A stretch of 64,000 bases of DNA from Oscillospiraceae bacterium (GCA_024404315.1 JAKSQD010000005.1:599-64598); one strand, 5' to 3'. Counted from the stretch's first letter, positions 49,336 to 59,949 are shown. Made by a program: numbers and translations. Notes: generated from the sequence alone by a model not told the origin.

Positions 49336-49355
49336 GGTGCGAAACTTTCCGCACC
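49336..49355. promoter_or_regulatory. Palindrome upstream of the GH31 gene, LacI-family operator-like
   Basis: GGTGCG-AAACTTTC-CGCACC. Confidence 0.45.
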
Positions 49356-49452
49356 TTTCTCTGTTATGAAGATAGCATAAATCCCCCTTCTTTTCAAGAG
49401 GAGATTTCTTGTTTTTCACCTGCTTCTTAGAGTTCGCCACTGTTTTCGACCC

Positions 49453-49481
49453 TTGACGCTTCCCAACAAGTAAGTTATAAT
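49453..49481 (+). promoter_or_regulatory. sigma-A promoter for the DUF3048 gene
   Basis: TTGACG-17 bp-TATAAT. Confidence 0.75.
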
Positions 49482-49525
49482 TGGCTCTCTGGAAGAGACA
49501 TCATCCATTTTAGGAGGAATGATTC

Positions 49526-50767
49526 ATGAAAAAATTCGTATGCTTTCTGCTGGCTATCGTGACCGTTTTTTCCCTGGCTGCCTGCGGAATGTCCGCTGAG
49601 AAAGACCTCCCGTTAGAGGATTCCGCCGAGGAATCTTTTCCAGCAGAATCCTCTTTTGAGGATTCATCTATAGAGAACTCAGGCGAAGAAGAGGCGGAAA
49701 TCCTGGACGTCACCGAGGAAGAGCCTCGTTTTGACTGGACGGTTGTCAACCCGCTCACCGGCGAACCCTCCGACAAGGACTATACCAACATCCGCCCGGT
49801 GGCGGTGATGCTGAACAACATCAAACAGGCTCTGCCCCAGTTCGGCAACGGTCAGGCCGATCTGCTCTATGAGGTTCCCGAAGAGGGTGGCATTACCCGC
49901 ATTATGGCGCTCTATCAAGACTTGACGGACGTTGGCTCTTTGGGAAGCATCCGTTCCACCCGTCCCTACTATGTCCGTTTGGCGCTGGCCAATGATGCCA
50001 TTCTGGTTCACGCCGGAGGAAGCGGCTCCGCTTATCGGCTCATCAAGAAGCTGATGGACAGCAAGTACAACTTTGAAGACATTGACTGTCTGTACAAGGG
50101 AACCAACTCGGCAGAGTCTATTTTCTTCCGGGATCAGGGGCGGATCAACTCCGGCTATGCCATGGAGCACACGCTTTTTACCACCTCTGACAACATTCAG
50201 GAGTGGATGGCTAGCCATTCTGACCATGTTCAGACCGAACACAGAAAGCACTTCCGCCGCACGCATACCTTTGTAGAGGACGGAACCCCCGCCCTGGGAA
50301 AAGACTGTACGTCTATGGATGTGAGCTTCTCCGGTTACAAGGGCACCTCCTTCCACTACGACGAGGAGAGCGGCACTTATCAGGTCAGTGAGTTCGGCTC
50401 CGCCTACACCGATGCCGCCACCGGAAATCAAGTTTCCGTGGAAAATGTCATTGTGATTCAGACCAAGCTGGAGCAGCTGAACGATGCCAAGCAGCGCATC
50501 GCCGTCTACCTCACCGGCGAAGGCACGGGTTATTACGCCTGCAACGGAAAATATGAGCCCATCCGCTGGGTAAAGAAAAAGGCTCGTTACACCTATTCCT
50601 TCTTCGACCAGAAGGGCAACGAAATCCCCCTTGGCGTGGGCAAAAGTTATATCTGCATTTTGGACAAGGATCGTCCCATCACCGTCAACGACAAGGTAAT
50701 TAGCAACGGAAAGAACGGGATGGATCTTTCCGACTTCCAGGAACTCAGCGACGAAGAGGCTGATTAA
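49526..50767 (+). CDS. DUF3048 family lipoprotein (YerB-like)
   Basis: Lipobox LAAC; NPLTG, RPVAVM.NN, PQ.G...AD..YE...EGGITR, GSIRS.R.Y, HAGGS. Confidence 0.88.
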   Translation: MKKFVCFLLAIVTVFSLAACGMSAEKDLPLEDSAEESFPAESSFEDSSIENSGEEEAEILDVTEEEPRFDWTVVNPLTGEPSDKDYTNIRPVAVMLNNIKQALPQFGNGQADLLYEVPEEGGITRIMALYQDLTDVGSLGSIRSTRPYYVRLALANDAILVHAGGSGSAYRLIKKLMDSKYNFEDIDCLYKGTNSAESIFFRDQGRINSGYAMEHTLFTTSDNIQEWMASHSDHVQTEHRKHFRRTHTFVEDGTPALGKDCTSMDVSFSGYKGTSFHYDEESGTYQVSEFGSAYTDAATGNQVSVENVIVIQTKLEQLNDAKQRIAVYLTGEGTGYYACNGKYEPIRWVKKKARYTYSFFDQKGNEIPLGVGKSYICILDKDRPITVNDKVISNGKNGMDLSDFQELSDEEAD

Positions 50768-50869
50768 GAACCTCCCCGTTGTTGACCAATCGGCTCAAAA
50801 GACAAAATACAACTGCGGATTCCTACAGGAGCAATCAACCTGAACGAATCCGCAGTTTTGTTTTGGAGA

Positions 50870-53761
50870 TCAGAAGGGCGGCAGCTCGTTTTTCTGGGGT
50901 GCATCGCTCATCATTTTTGCAAGCTCTGCACCGGAATCCAGACTCATTTGTTGTCCGGTCAACTGCATCTTTTTCTCCGCCCACTTTTCCTTTGTGACCA
51001 AGACGGTACGAGGCTTTGAGCCTTCAAACGGTCCGACATAGCCGTATTCTTCCATCTGATCCACCAGGCGAGCGGCACGGGCATAACCTACCTTTAACTT
51101 CCGCTGCAAGGTAGAGGCAGAAGCCATTTGCAGCTCCACCACCACGTCCACAGCATCGTAGAACAGTGGATCACGGTCATCCTGTGGCTCACTGCTGCTG
51201 GCGTAGCTATCGGGAGGAGCCACATTGAGGGCTGACGAGCCGCCCTTACTGCCCTTTTCGTTGCGCCGAGCATTTTCATCTACCTGGTGCATGACATCTT
51301 CGTTATACTCCACCGCTCCGCTGTGCTCCTTGATGTAGCGAATGACCTCATTGACCTCTTCTTCCGAAATATAACAGCCCTGAACACGGCGCTTAGGCTT
51401 GCCCAAAGGTGCAAAGAGCATATCACCGTTGCCCACCAGGTCTTCCGCACCGACGCTATCCAGAATAATACGGGAGTCCAGCGAGGAAGCCACAGCCAGA
51501 GCGATTCTGGAGGGGATATTGGCCTTCATCAGGCCGGTGATAACATCCGAGGAGGGACGCTGAGTGGCAATGACGAGGTGCATACCCGCTGCACGTCCCA
51601 TCTGTGCCACTCGGCAGATGGCCTCTTCCACCTCTTTGGCGGCGGCAATCATCAGGTCGGCCAGCTCGTCGATAAAAATCACGATTTTCGGCTTTTTCTT
51701 GCCCAGTTCCTCGTGTTCCTGAACCTTGCGGTTATAGGACTCGATATCCCGGGCGCCGATGTTGGCAAAATCCTGATAGCGCTGCATCATCTCAAACACA
51801 GCCCACTGCAAAGCGCCGGCGGCTTTCTTGGGATCTGTAACCACTGGAATGAGCAGATGCGGAATACCGTTGTAGTTGCTCAGTTCCACCATTTTGGGAT
51901 CCACCATCAGAAAGCGGACATCATCGGGCGAGGACTTATAGAGCAGGGAGATAATCATGGAGTTGGTACAAACCGACTTACCGGAGCCTGTTGTACCGGC
52001 GATGAGCAAATGAGGCATCCGGGCGATATCTCCAACCACATTGCGGTTGGAAATATCCTTGCCGACCGCAAAGGACACAGAGGAATAAGATTCCTGGAAC
52101 TCTTGAGAGGCCAGCACCGAGCGGATGGAAACGGGCGTTACCTTTCGGTTGGGCACTTCAATGCCAACAACAGAGTTTTTGCCCACGACAGGCGCAATGC
52201 GGACACTGAACACGCCCAGACAAAGGGCAATATCCCGGGCAAGGTTGGTCAGCTTACTGAGTTTAATCCCTCGCTCCAGCTCGAACTCATAGCGTGTGAC
52301 GGCGGGGCCACGAGTTGCATAGACGATGCGGCCACTGATGCCGAACGACTGGATGGTTTCCAGCAGGTCTTTTTGTGTGCCCTTGGTTTCTCCGTCGTTT
52401 TGGCGAGAGAGCTTCTCGTCGTCTAAGGTAGCCAGCAGCTCAAGCGGCGGAGCCTGGTAGTTTTCTACCTGCACAGCGCTGGCCTGCGCCAAGTCACGCT
52501 GAATTTGAGCATCCGGCACAACCTTTTCCTGTTTGGGTGCAGGCTTCGTCGGGGGACCCATATCAAGCCCGATTTGCTCCAGTTCTCCTACTTCAGATTC
52601 TATCATGGCAGGCTGTACCTGCACCGATTCAATCTCCTCAAAGACCAATTCCGAGGGCACGGGTTCGTCGGTAAGCGGTTCGGCAAAGAGCGCTTGTCCC
52701 GCTTTGCTCTCAAAGAACTTCTTTTTACCCTTTTTAAAGATGCTTTCGGGTTGCTTATTCTGATCACTTGCGCTGTTCCGCATGGCTTCGATGTCCTCTT
52801 TGGACAGCGTTTCTCCATCCAGGGGAATGTCCAACGGCTCTTTGCCTGTAATGACTCGCTGGACTTCCTTGAGCAGCGTCTCGTTGCCAAGGTCGCCGCT
52901 ATCCATGATTTCGTTTTCTTCCTCTGATGTCGCAATGGGAACACGACGATGAAATTTCTGCGGGTATTTTTGCGGATCGTCATCCTCCGGGTCATAGGTT
53001 CCCCAGAATCGGAAGCGAGAAAGGAGATGGGGGGCTTCCTGTTCCTTCTGCTTGTCCAGCATTCCCTCCACATACTCCCAGAGCGTTTGTGGAGTCGTCT
53101 TGGTCAGCACCATGGCGTAAATCATCATCAACAGCAGCGTCACAAAAACAGAGCCCACTCGTCCGATTGCGCCAATCAGCAGCTGCGCTCCGTAACCGCC
53201 AAACACACCGCCGGAAAAACGAAAATTACCCAGATTATAGGCCATCTCTGCACTATGGAAATTCCACTCCAACGGAGCGCCCACCACGGAGTGAAAGAAC
53301 ATGCCAATGATGGCGGGCAGCGTCACAATGCAGAATTTCCGCCAACGGCGGGGCGTTTCTCCCCCAAAGAGCTGAAGGACAGACAGCGCAAGGAACGACA
53401 GGGCGCAGAAACGCCAGCCCACGCCGACAAAGCCCCGTTCCAGCCGCCTGAGTTCATCGACGAAAGCACCACTGTTTTCCACGGAGAACCAGCCAAGAAA
53501 GGAACAGATGGTCAGCACCAAAAACGCCACTGCCCAAAAGGTATGCGCCACAACATCTGACACCTTGGGCATCTGATTTTGCTCCTTAGAGGAAGCCTTT
53601 GAAGCTTCCTTCGGAGCTTCTTTGGGTGCTTCTTTTTGGGAGTCCTTCGGCGGTTCTTGTTTCGCCTTTGTCGTGGCGGCAGGCTTTCGGCCTCGTTTTG
53701 CGGTGGTAGAACGCTTTTTCTTTTCTGCACTTGAATTGTTTTTACTTGATTGAGTAGCCAT
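50870..53761 (-). CDS. ftsK: DNA translocase FtsK/SpoIIIE
   Basis: N-terminal TM domain; PHLLIAGTTGSGKS, DELADLM, TQRPS, gamma domain LQR.LKVGY.RAAR. Confidence 0.96.
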   Translation of the reverse strand: MATQSSKNNSSAEKKKRSTTAKRGRKPAATTKAKQEPPKDSQKEAPKEAPKEASKASSKEQNQMPKVSDVVAHTFWAVAFLVLTICSFLGWFSVENSGAFVDELRRLERGFVGVGWRFCALSFLALSVLQLFGGETPRRWRKFCIVTLPAIIGMFFHSVVGAPLEWNFHSAEMAYNLGNFRFSGGVFGGYGAQLLIGAIGRVGSVFVTLLLMMIYAMVLTKTTPQTLWEYVEGMLDKQKEQEAPHLLSRFRFWGTYDPEDDDPQKYPQKFHRRVPIATSEEENEIMDSGDLGNETLLKEVQRVITGKEPLDIPLDGETLSKEDIEAMRNSASDQNKQPESIFKKGKKKFFESKAGQALFAEPLTDEPVPSELVFEEIESVQVQPAMIESEVGELEQIGLDMGPPTKPAPKQEKVVPDAQIQRDLAQASAVQVENYQAPPLELLATLDDEKLSRQNDGETKGTQKDLLETIQSFGISGRIVYATRGPAVTRYEFELERGIKLSKLTNLARDIALCLGVFSVRIAPVVGKNSVVGIEVPNRKVTPVSIRSVLASQEFQESYSSVSFAVGKDISNRNVVGDIARMPHLLIAGTTGSGKSVCTNSMIISLLYKSSPDDVRFLMVDPKMVELSNYNGIPHLLIPVVTDPKKAAGALQWAVFEMMQRYQDFANIGARDIESYNRKVQEHEELGKKKPKIVIFIDELADLMIAAAKEVEEAICRVAQMGRAAGMHLVIATQRPSSDVITGLMKANIPSRIALAVASSLDSRIILDSVGAEDLVGNGDMLFAPLGKPKRRVQGCYISEEEVNEVIRYIKEHSGAVEYNEDVMHQVDENARRNEKGSKGGSSALNVAPPDSYASSSEPQDDRDPLFYDAVDVVVELQMASASTLQRKLKVGYARAARLVDQMEEYGYVGPFEGSKPRTVLVTKEKWAEKKMQLTGQQMSLDSGAELAKMMSDAPQKNELPPF

Positions 53762-53853
53762 AACAGCCACCTCCTTAGAAAAACAGGAAGTGTGAAGCAA
53801 AGAGGTTATCGGGAGGTGATTTCCCTTCTCTCTCGTCCTCACACTTCGAAAAA

Positions 53854-54690
53854 TTACAACAGGATGGTCAGCACAATGGCCAGGACACCCACTGCCCAGC
53901 AGTAATAAGCAAAGGCACCAAATTTGCCCTTATCCGCCAGCAAATTCACCAGTCGAATGGAGAAATAACCGGACACAGCGGCCACAACCACGCCCACCAG
54001 ATAAACCGGAATCATGCTGGTGTCAATACCAACCTCCAGAGCGTCTTTAAAGCTGAGAATGTTTGCGCCCAGCACGGCGGGAATGCTCATCAGGAAGGAA
54101 TAACGAACGGCGTATTCACGGTTATAACCACGAAGCAGACCTGCGGCAATGGTCGTGCCGGAGCGGGAGAGACCCGGGACAGTTGCCAGGGCCTGTGCAA
54201 AACCGACAATCACGGTATCCAAGATGGTGGCACTGCGCTCGTTCTTTCTTCCTTTTCCCATACGGTCGGAGAGGAAAAGCAGTGTACCGGTGAGTAGCAG
54301 TGCGCAGCCGATGAAGAGGGTGCTGCCGCCCAGCTTCTCAACCACACTCTTAACGGGCAGGATGACAAACAGGGGCAGAGTGCCCACGATGATGAGCAGA
54401 ATCAGTCGGCGGGCAGGGGCAATTTCTTTTTCCTCGGTTCCGCCGTGCGCCAGATCACTGATCCAGCCGAAAAACTCCAGGATCATTTCCCAGATCATCT
54501 CACGATAGTAGACAAACACCGCCAGCAGGGTTCCCAAGTGCAAAAGCACATCGAAAAACATACTGGCTTCTTCTGCGCTCTGAATGCCCAGGAAGTTCTG
54601 GAACAGCGCCAAATGGCCGGAGCTGGAAATGGGCAGGAACTCAGCAACGCCCTGCACCAGACCCAGAAATGCGGATTGGATCAGTGTCAT
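53854..54690 (-). CDS. uppP: Undecaprenyl-diphosphate phosphatase
   Basis: GLVQGVAEFLPISSSGHL, PGLSRSG.TI. Confidence 0.96.
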   Translation of the reverse strand: MTLIQSAFLGLVQGVAEFLPISSSGHLALFQNFLGIQSAEEASMFFDVLLHLGTLLAVFVYYREMIWEMILEFFGWISDLAHGGTEEKEIAPARRLILLIIVGTLPLFVILPVKSVVEKLGGSTLFIGCALLLTGTLLFLSDRMGKGRKNERSATILDTVIVGFAQALATVPGLSRSGTTIAAGLLRGYNREYAVRYSFLMSIPAVLGANILSFKDALEVGIDTSMIPVYLVGVVVAAVSGYFSIRLVNLLADKGKFGAFAYYCWAVGVLAIVLTILL

Positions 54691-54778
54691 GGAAATACCT
54701 CCTCAATAAGGATCAGGGGTGGGAGGGAAGCCGCCTGTTCACACACAAGCAGCCTCCCGCTCGTTTCACTTTACGATT

Positions 54779-56170
54779 TTAGTGGTTGAAGAATGCCCGC
54801 ATTGCGCGGTAAGTCATGTAGCAGTCCAGCTTTGCGGTCACTTCAAAGGGAGCGTGCATCGCCAGGATAGGAGTACCAGCATCCAAGGTAGGAATGCCAC
54901 GACGAGCCATGTAATGAGCGATGGTTCCGCCGCCGCCGTTATCTACACGACCCAGCTCGCCAATCTGCCAGACAACGCCGTCTTCGTCCAGGATTCTGCG
55001 GGCGTATGCCAGCAGCTCGGCAGAAGCATCGGAAGCCCCGCTCTTGCCATGGGAGCCCGTGTATTTGCTGATACCAACGCCATAGTTTACATAACAGGCG
55101 TTGCGTTTCTCATAAGCAAAGGTATAATTGGTGTCGTATGCGGTGGTAACGTCGGCAGAGAGGCAGAAGGAGCGCTCAATGCAGGTTTTGAGATTGACCT
55201 GCTGTGCATCACACAGATCGGAGAGGAAGCGGTCAAAATAGCTGCTGTCCATGCCGGTGACACCGTAGGAGCCGATTTCTTCCTTGTCGCAGAAAACGGC
55301 AATACCGGTGCGCTGGAGGGTGTTCTCTGCGTCAAAGAGCGCCTTGAGGGTAGCATAAGCGCAAACACGGTCATCCTGTCCAAAAGCGCCCACCATGGAG
55401 CGATCCAAACCGATGTCAGCGGTACGCAAAGCGGGAACAGCGCACAGTTCGGCAGAGCTGAAATCCTGCTCGACGATGCCGTACTTTTCGTTCAGGAGCG
55501 CCATGACCATAAGCTTAATGCGGTCGCTCTCGTCCTCATCGGGATAAGGCTCACTGCCCACAACGGGATTCAAATCTTCTGCGCTGATGGCCAGCCACAG
55601 AGGTTCCTTGGCCTGCTTGTCCGCCAGGTGGGGCAAGAGATCGGGAATGGTCAGCTGAGGATCACCAGGCTCATCACCCAGACGAACGGTGATGGTGGAA
55701 CCGTCCTTCATGCAGATGACACCATGAAGGGACAGCGGGATGGATGCCCACTGATATTTACGGATACCGCCGTAATAGTGTGTCTTGAAACGAGCCATTC
55801 CGTCGCTATCCTCATAGAGGGGGCGAGGCTTCAAATCCAGACGGGGGTTGTCGATATGGGCATCGCCGATGACTGCGCCATTTTCCAGTGACTCGCTGCC
55901 GATGACAGCCAGCATGATGGCCTTGTTTCCCTCCACACGGTAGAGCTTATCGCCGGTTTTGACGGCTTCGCCCCGGATGTAAGGACGATATCCACGAGCC
56001 TCCGCCTGACGGATGATTTCGATAACGCACTCACGTTCAGTACGGCCTTCGTCGAGAAACGCTTTATAGCCCTCGCAGTAATCCTTCATCTCCTGACGCT
56101 CCGCCGAAGTAATGCGGTCATAGCCGTTCTTGGGCTTTCGCAGCAGCAGATCACTTTTTTTTGTACTCAT
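54779..56170 (-). CDS. M18 family aminopeptidase
   Basis: AHIDNPRL, YYGGI.KYQW, GQDDRVC, DKEEIGS, MHAP.E. Confidence 0.92.
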   Translation of the reverse strand: MSTKKSDLLLRKPKNGYDRITSAERQEMKDYCEGYKAFLDEGRTERECVIEIIRQAEARGYRPYIRGEAVKTGDKLYRVEGNKAIMLAVIGSESLENGAVIGDAHIDNPRLDLKPRPLYEDSDGMARFKTHYYGGIRKYQWASIPLSLHGVICMKDGSTITVRLGDEPGDPQLTIPDLLPHLADKQAKEPLWLAISAEDLNPVVGSEPYPDEDESDRIKLMVMALLNEKYGIVEQDFSSAELCAVPALRTADIGLDRSMVGAFGQDDRVCAYATLKALFDAENTLQRTGIAVFCDKEEIGSYGVTGMDSSYFDRFLSDLCDAQQVNLKTCIERSFCLSADVTTAYDTNYTFAYEKRNACYVNYGVGISKYTGSHGKSGASDASAELLAYARRILDEDGVVWQIGELGRVDNGGGGTIAHYMARRGIPTLDAGTPILAMHAPFEVTAKLDCYMTYRAMRAFFNH

Positions 56171-56253
56171 TTTTTGTTCTCCTGTCTGTCCGGGCTGATA
56201 CGAACCCGAAAAAAGAATTTTTATATTAAGTTTCTCTCTCAAGGGGTATATAA

Positions 56254-56413
56254 GGCAACACCGCACAATCGTCGAATGTGCGCCTTGCTTGTCCTTTCAC
56301 TCCCAAATTTGCCGCAAAACCCTTGAAATACGTCAGTATTCCTGCGGCTTTCCCAACAAATTTGGAAGCAAAATTACTGCGCAATCCGCACATCCCTATT
56401 ATGCGGTATTGCC
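56254..56413. mobile_element. 160-bp MITE, copy 2
   Basis: TIRs GGCAACACCGCACAAT / ATTATGCGGTATTGCC; ATAA duplicated on both flanks; 4 differences from copy 1. Confidence 0.9.
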
Positions 56414-56424
56414 ATAACAGCATT

Positions 56425-57024
56425 TTAATCTTCCTGAGAAGACAAAATGTGTTCAAAAAGAGTTCTCGCACGGCGAGCGTAGGTTTCCTGGTCTCCGTCG
56501 TTGACCAAGGTATAATCACAGTGGTCAGAAAACCAACTGTCTGGCTTTTGGGCGGAGACACGTTTTCTGGCATACTCCTCACTGATGTTTTCCCGAGCCA
56601 TAATGCGGCGAATGCGGGTTTCCACCGGGGCGGTGATGGCCACCATTGCGTCACAGTCCTGCTTCAAGTCACTGTCCAGAAGCGCCACACCATCAATGGC
56701 AGTCACGGCACATCCTCTCTCTCTTGCAAGCGCCGTTCTGCGCCGAATCTCAGCGGTGATGATGTCAAACGTAATGGCGTTCAAATCGGCCAAAGCCTGC
56801 TGATTTCCGAAAACGATGGAGCCCAGCTTTTTTCGATTCAGAGCATTGGAGTCGAACACCGAACCAAACCGGGCGATGAGTCTCTCTCTCAGTTCATCGC
56901 TGTTGGTCAAAAGCTGGTGATAGATGGCATCGCAATCCAAAATTTCGGCGTTGAACTCTCGGAGGACGTTTAACGCTGTGGTTTTTCCGGCGCCAGTGGC
57001 TCCGACAATCCCGATGATTTTCAT
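56425..57024 (-). CDS. coaE: Dephospho-CoA kinase
   Basis: IGIVGATGAGKTT, D.D.I.H.L, R..LG.IVF, R..RI.AR. Confidence 0.93.
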   Translation of the reverse strand: MKIIGIVGATGAGKTTALNVLREFNAEILDCDAIYHQLLTNSDELRERLIARFGSVFDSNALNRKKLGSIVFGNQQALADLNAITFDIITAEIRRRTALARERGCAVTAIDGVALLDSDLKQDCDAMVAITAPVETRIRRIMARENISEEYARKRVSAQKPDSWFSDHCDYTLVNDGDQETYARRARTLFEHILSSQED

Positions 57025-58061
57025 TTCGCCACCTCCACAATGTGGAAACCTGCCGCCTTTTGCAGGCGGTTCAGCACAGCGAACCCCAAACCAGAGCGGT
57101 CGGGGCACTGAGCGTAAATTTCGGTCACATCTGTGCTGTCAAAGGCTCGAAGAACGCCAAACACTCTGCGAGCCTGAGCCGCCTTATTGAAGGCACTGCC
57201 CAGACATTCTACGGTTTGATGCGGAAACAGCTCTGCATACTCATCAAAGCAGATTACACCGGACGTTTTTCCCACGTTTTTCAGGATGTAAGCCGCCGTT
57301 TGGTCGGCGGAGCCAGTGACCACCGTCACGGGTGCTTTGGGAGCGTAATGGCGGAAGGCCATTCCGGGCGCTCTTGGTTGAACGCCGGGCTTGATTTCAG
57401 AGGTGACGGCGGAGTCAATGTCCACCTCCCCCACCACCTCGATGAGCTCTTCCAGCGGCATACCACCGGGGCGGAGCAGGCAAGGTGGATTGCTTGTCAG
57501 ATCCAGAATGGTGGATTCCACGCCCACTTCACTGTCTCCGCCGTCCACAATTCCCTCAATTCGCCCATCCATATCCTCAATGACATGACTAGCGGAGGTA
57601 CAGCTGGGGCGGCCAGAGGTATTGGCGGAAGGGGCGGCGATGGGCACTCCTGCGGCGGCAATGATGGCAGAGGCCACAGGATGAGCGGGACAGCGAACTG
57701 CAACGGTATCCAAACCGCCGGTGGTTCGCTTGGGAATGATGGGTTTTGCCTTCAAAATGAGGGTCAGAGGGCCAGGCCAAAAGGCTTCGGCCACGTCATA
57801 GGCCAGCTGCGGCACATCAGCACAATAAGTATCCAGCCAGTCGGCGGAGGGAACATGGATAATGAGCGGATTGGTAGAAGGACGCCCCTTTGCTTCGTAG
57901 ATGCGCCGGACAGCATCCTCATTCAGCGCATCAGCCCCCAACCCGTAAACGGTTTCGGTGGGAATGCCCACCAGACCGCCGGAGCGGAGGATGGATGCCG
58001 CTGCCTGGATGTCTTCCTCATATCCTTTGACTTGAGGAATGACGAATAATTTGGTATTCAT
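57021..58061 (-). CDS. sua5: Threonylcarbamoyl-AMP synthase (Sua5)
   Basis: PTETVYGLG, KGRPS.NPLIIH, AAPSANTSG, ESTI, PGM..RHYAP. Confidence 0.96.
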   Translation of the reverse strand: MNTKLFVIPQVKGYEEDIQAAASILRSGGLVGIPTETVYGLGADALNEDAVRRIYEAKGRPSTNPLIIHVPSADWLDTYCADVPQLAYDVAEAFWPGPLTLILKAKPIIPKRTTGGLDTVAVRCPAHPVASAIIAAAGVPIAAPSANTSGRPSCTSASHVIEDMDGRIEGIVDGGDSEVGVESTILDLTSNPPCLLRPGGMPLEELIEVVGEVDIDSAVTSEIKPGVQPRAPGMAFRHYAPKAPVTVVTGSADQTAAYILKNVGKTSGVICFDEYAELFPHQTVECLGSAFNKAAQARRVFGVLRAFDSTDVTEIYAQCPDRSGLGFAVLNRLQKAAGFHIVEVAK

Positions 58062-58093
58062 TCTATTTTTCACCTGATTGTCATGCTCTGGCG

Positions 58094-59164
58094 TTAAGAT
58101 TGTTCCGCCAGCTTCTCCGCTTGGTCAGCGGCGGCGAGGGCATTGATGATTTCATCCAGCTCACCATCCATGACGCTGTCAATCTTATAAAGCGTCAGGC
58201 CGATACGGTGGTCAGTGACACGACCTTGCGGAAAATTGTAGGTGCGGATGCGTTCGTTTCGCATTCCTGTACCCACCTGACTGCGGCGGTCAGCGGCTAC
58301 AGCGTCCTGCTGCTGCTGTACCTTTTGTTGGTAAAGACGGGCACGGAGAATTTCCAGCGCCTTATCTTTGTTCTGGAACTGACTGCGCTGATCCTGACAT
58401 TCCACCACCGTTCCGGTGGGAATATGGGTCACTCGGATGGCGGAAGAGGTTTTGTTGATATGCTGACCGCCTGCGCCGGACGAACGGAAGGTGTCAATGC
58501 GGAGGTCGTTTCGATCCAGCTCGAAGGTAACTTCATCCACCTCCGGCATCACCGCAACTGTGGCGGTGGAGGTGTGAACTCTGCCGCCGGATTCGGTTTC
58601 AGGAACTCGCTGGACACGATGAACGCCGGATTCATACTTCAAACGGGAGTAAACTCCGGTGCCAGAAATTGTAAAGGTTATTTCCTTCACGCCTCCAAGC
58701 TCAGTCAAATTGGAGCTTGCCACCTCCTGCTGCCACCCTCTTTGATCGCCGTACATTCCGTACATGCGGTAGAGAGAATGGGCAAACAAGGCCGCTTCCT
58801 CGCCGCCGACACCGGCACGAATCTCCACAATGACATTTTTTTCATCGTTTGGATCTTTGGGTAAAAGCAGGATTTGAAGTGTTTTCTCCAACTCTGCGGA
58901 GCGGTTTTTTGCTGTGAAGTATTCTTCCTTTGCGAGCTCTCGCAGCTCAGGATCCTCTTCCTCCATCATCCACTCGGACTCCTCCATGGCGGTCTGACAC
59001 TTCTGATAGTCCCGATAGGTCATTACCAGCTCTTCCAGCTCTCGCTGCTCCTGGTTGAGCTTTGTCACCAATGCGGTGTCATTGTAGGTCTCCGGTTCAT
59101 TGAGCCGAGCCTGCACCAAGCTGTAGCGCTGTTCCAACTGTTGGAGTTTTTCAAGCATTATCAT
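58094..59164 (-). CDS. prfA: Peptide chain release factor 1
   Basis: ESGVHRVQRVP, GAGGQH.NKT, RTYNFPQ.RVTDHR; PxT motif variant PET. Confidence 0.97.
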   Translation of the reverse strand: MIMLEKLQQLEQRYSLVQARLNEPETYNDTALVTKLNQEQRELEELVMTYRDYQKCQTAMEESEWMMEEEDPELRELAKEEYFTAKNRSAELEKTLQILLLPKDPNDEKNVIVEIRAGVGGEEAALFAHSLYRMYGMYGDQRGWQQEVASSNLTELGGVKEITFTISGTGVYSRLKYESGVHRVQRVPETESGGRVHTSTATVAVMPEVDEVTFELDRNDLRIDTFRSSGAGGQHINKTSSAIRVTHIPTGTVVECQDQRSQFQNKDKALEILRARLYQQKVQQQQDAVAADRRSQVGTGMRNERIRTYNFPQGRVTDHRIGLTLYKIDSVMDGELDEIINALAAADQAEKLAEQS

Positions 59165-59946
59165 GACGGGTATCCTTCTGGAAGACGGTCAAAGAGAAAG
59201 GATTTCACCAGGGCGGCTCCTTCTCTCAGTGCAAAATAGGTACGGTATACGCTGTCACCAGGGACAGGAGCGGATAGGGTGCTGACGGTCAGATGGTTGC
59301 GCTTGGCCAGCAGCTCCGCCCGAGCCAAGTGAGAGGAGCTGCTAACCACCAGTAGATGCTCGGTGGAAAATCCTTTTTGCTCCAACAGGCTCTTGGAAAA
59401 CTGAAGGTTCTGCATGGTGTTGGCCGCTTCTTCCTCCAGGATGATTTGCTGGGACGGAACGCCCAGTTGCATCAGCGCTTGAGCCATGGCTTCTGCTTCG
59501 GAGCAGGGCTCGTCGTCCCCCATACCGCCGGTAACGACAACGGTCATGTCAGGGTGCTTCTTCCAATAGTCTGCCGCCACGTTGAGGCGCTGCTGTAAAA
59601 TGGGAGATGGTTTGTGATCCCAAAGATTGGCTCCCAAGACCACCATAGTTTCCGGCTCACCGGTGATATGGCTGCTTGAGCGCTGCATAATATAAAGCTC
59701 TAACACAGAAAACAGCACCACCAGAATCAAAATCGCCGCTGTCATGGCTCCCAGCAGGATTTTGGAAAGGAGCGGCGGCAGGATGAGGGACACCGTGACC
59801 ACAAGGGCAATCAGCGCCAATCCCCAAAACGCCATGGCTCCGAAGAGCATGGGGCGGCCTCCCGCATAGTAGACCGCTTCACCGGTGGCTGCCATGGACA
59901 GGGCTATCAGCGTGCCGGGAAGCAAGGATTTTTTGGTTTTCTTCAT
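59161..59946 (-). CDS. YdcF/ElyC (DUF218) family membrane protein
   Basis: VVLGA, RL..A, VTGG.G.DE..SEA..M, E..A.NT..N, HL.RA. Confidence 0.88.
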   Translation of the reverse strand: MKKTKKSLLPGTLIALSMAATGEAVYYAGGRPMLFGAMAFWGLALIALVVTVSLILPPLLSKILLGAMTAAILILVVLFSVLELYIMQRSSSHITGEPETMVVLGANLWDHKPSPILQQRLNVAADYWKKHPDMTVVVTGGMGDDEPCSEAEAMAQALMQLGVPSQQIILEEEAANTMQNLQFSKSLLEQKGFSTEHLLVVSSSSHLARAELLAKRNHLTVSTLSAPVPGDSVYRTYFALREGAALVKSFLFDRLPEGYPS

Positions 59947-59949
59947 GGG

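Noticed and set aside
56226-56973. ORFs 56226-56654 (-) and 56278-56973 (+)
   Set aside because: Products of the MITE plus the antisense of coaE.
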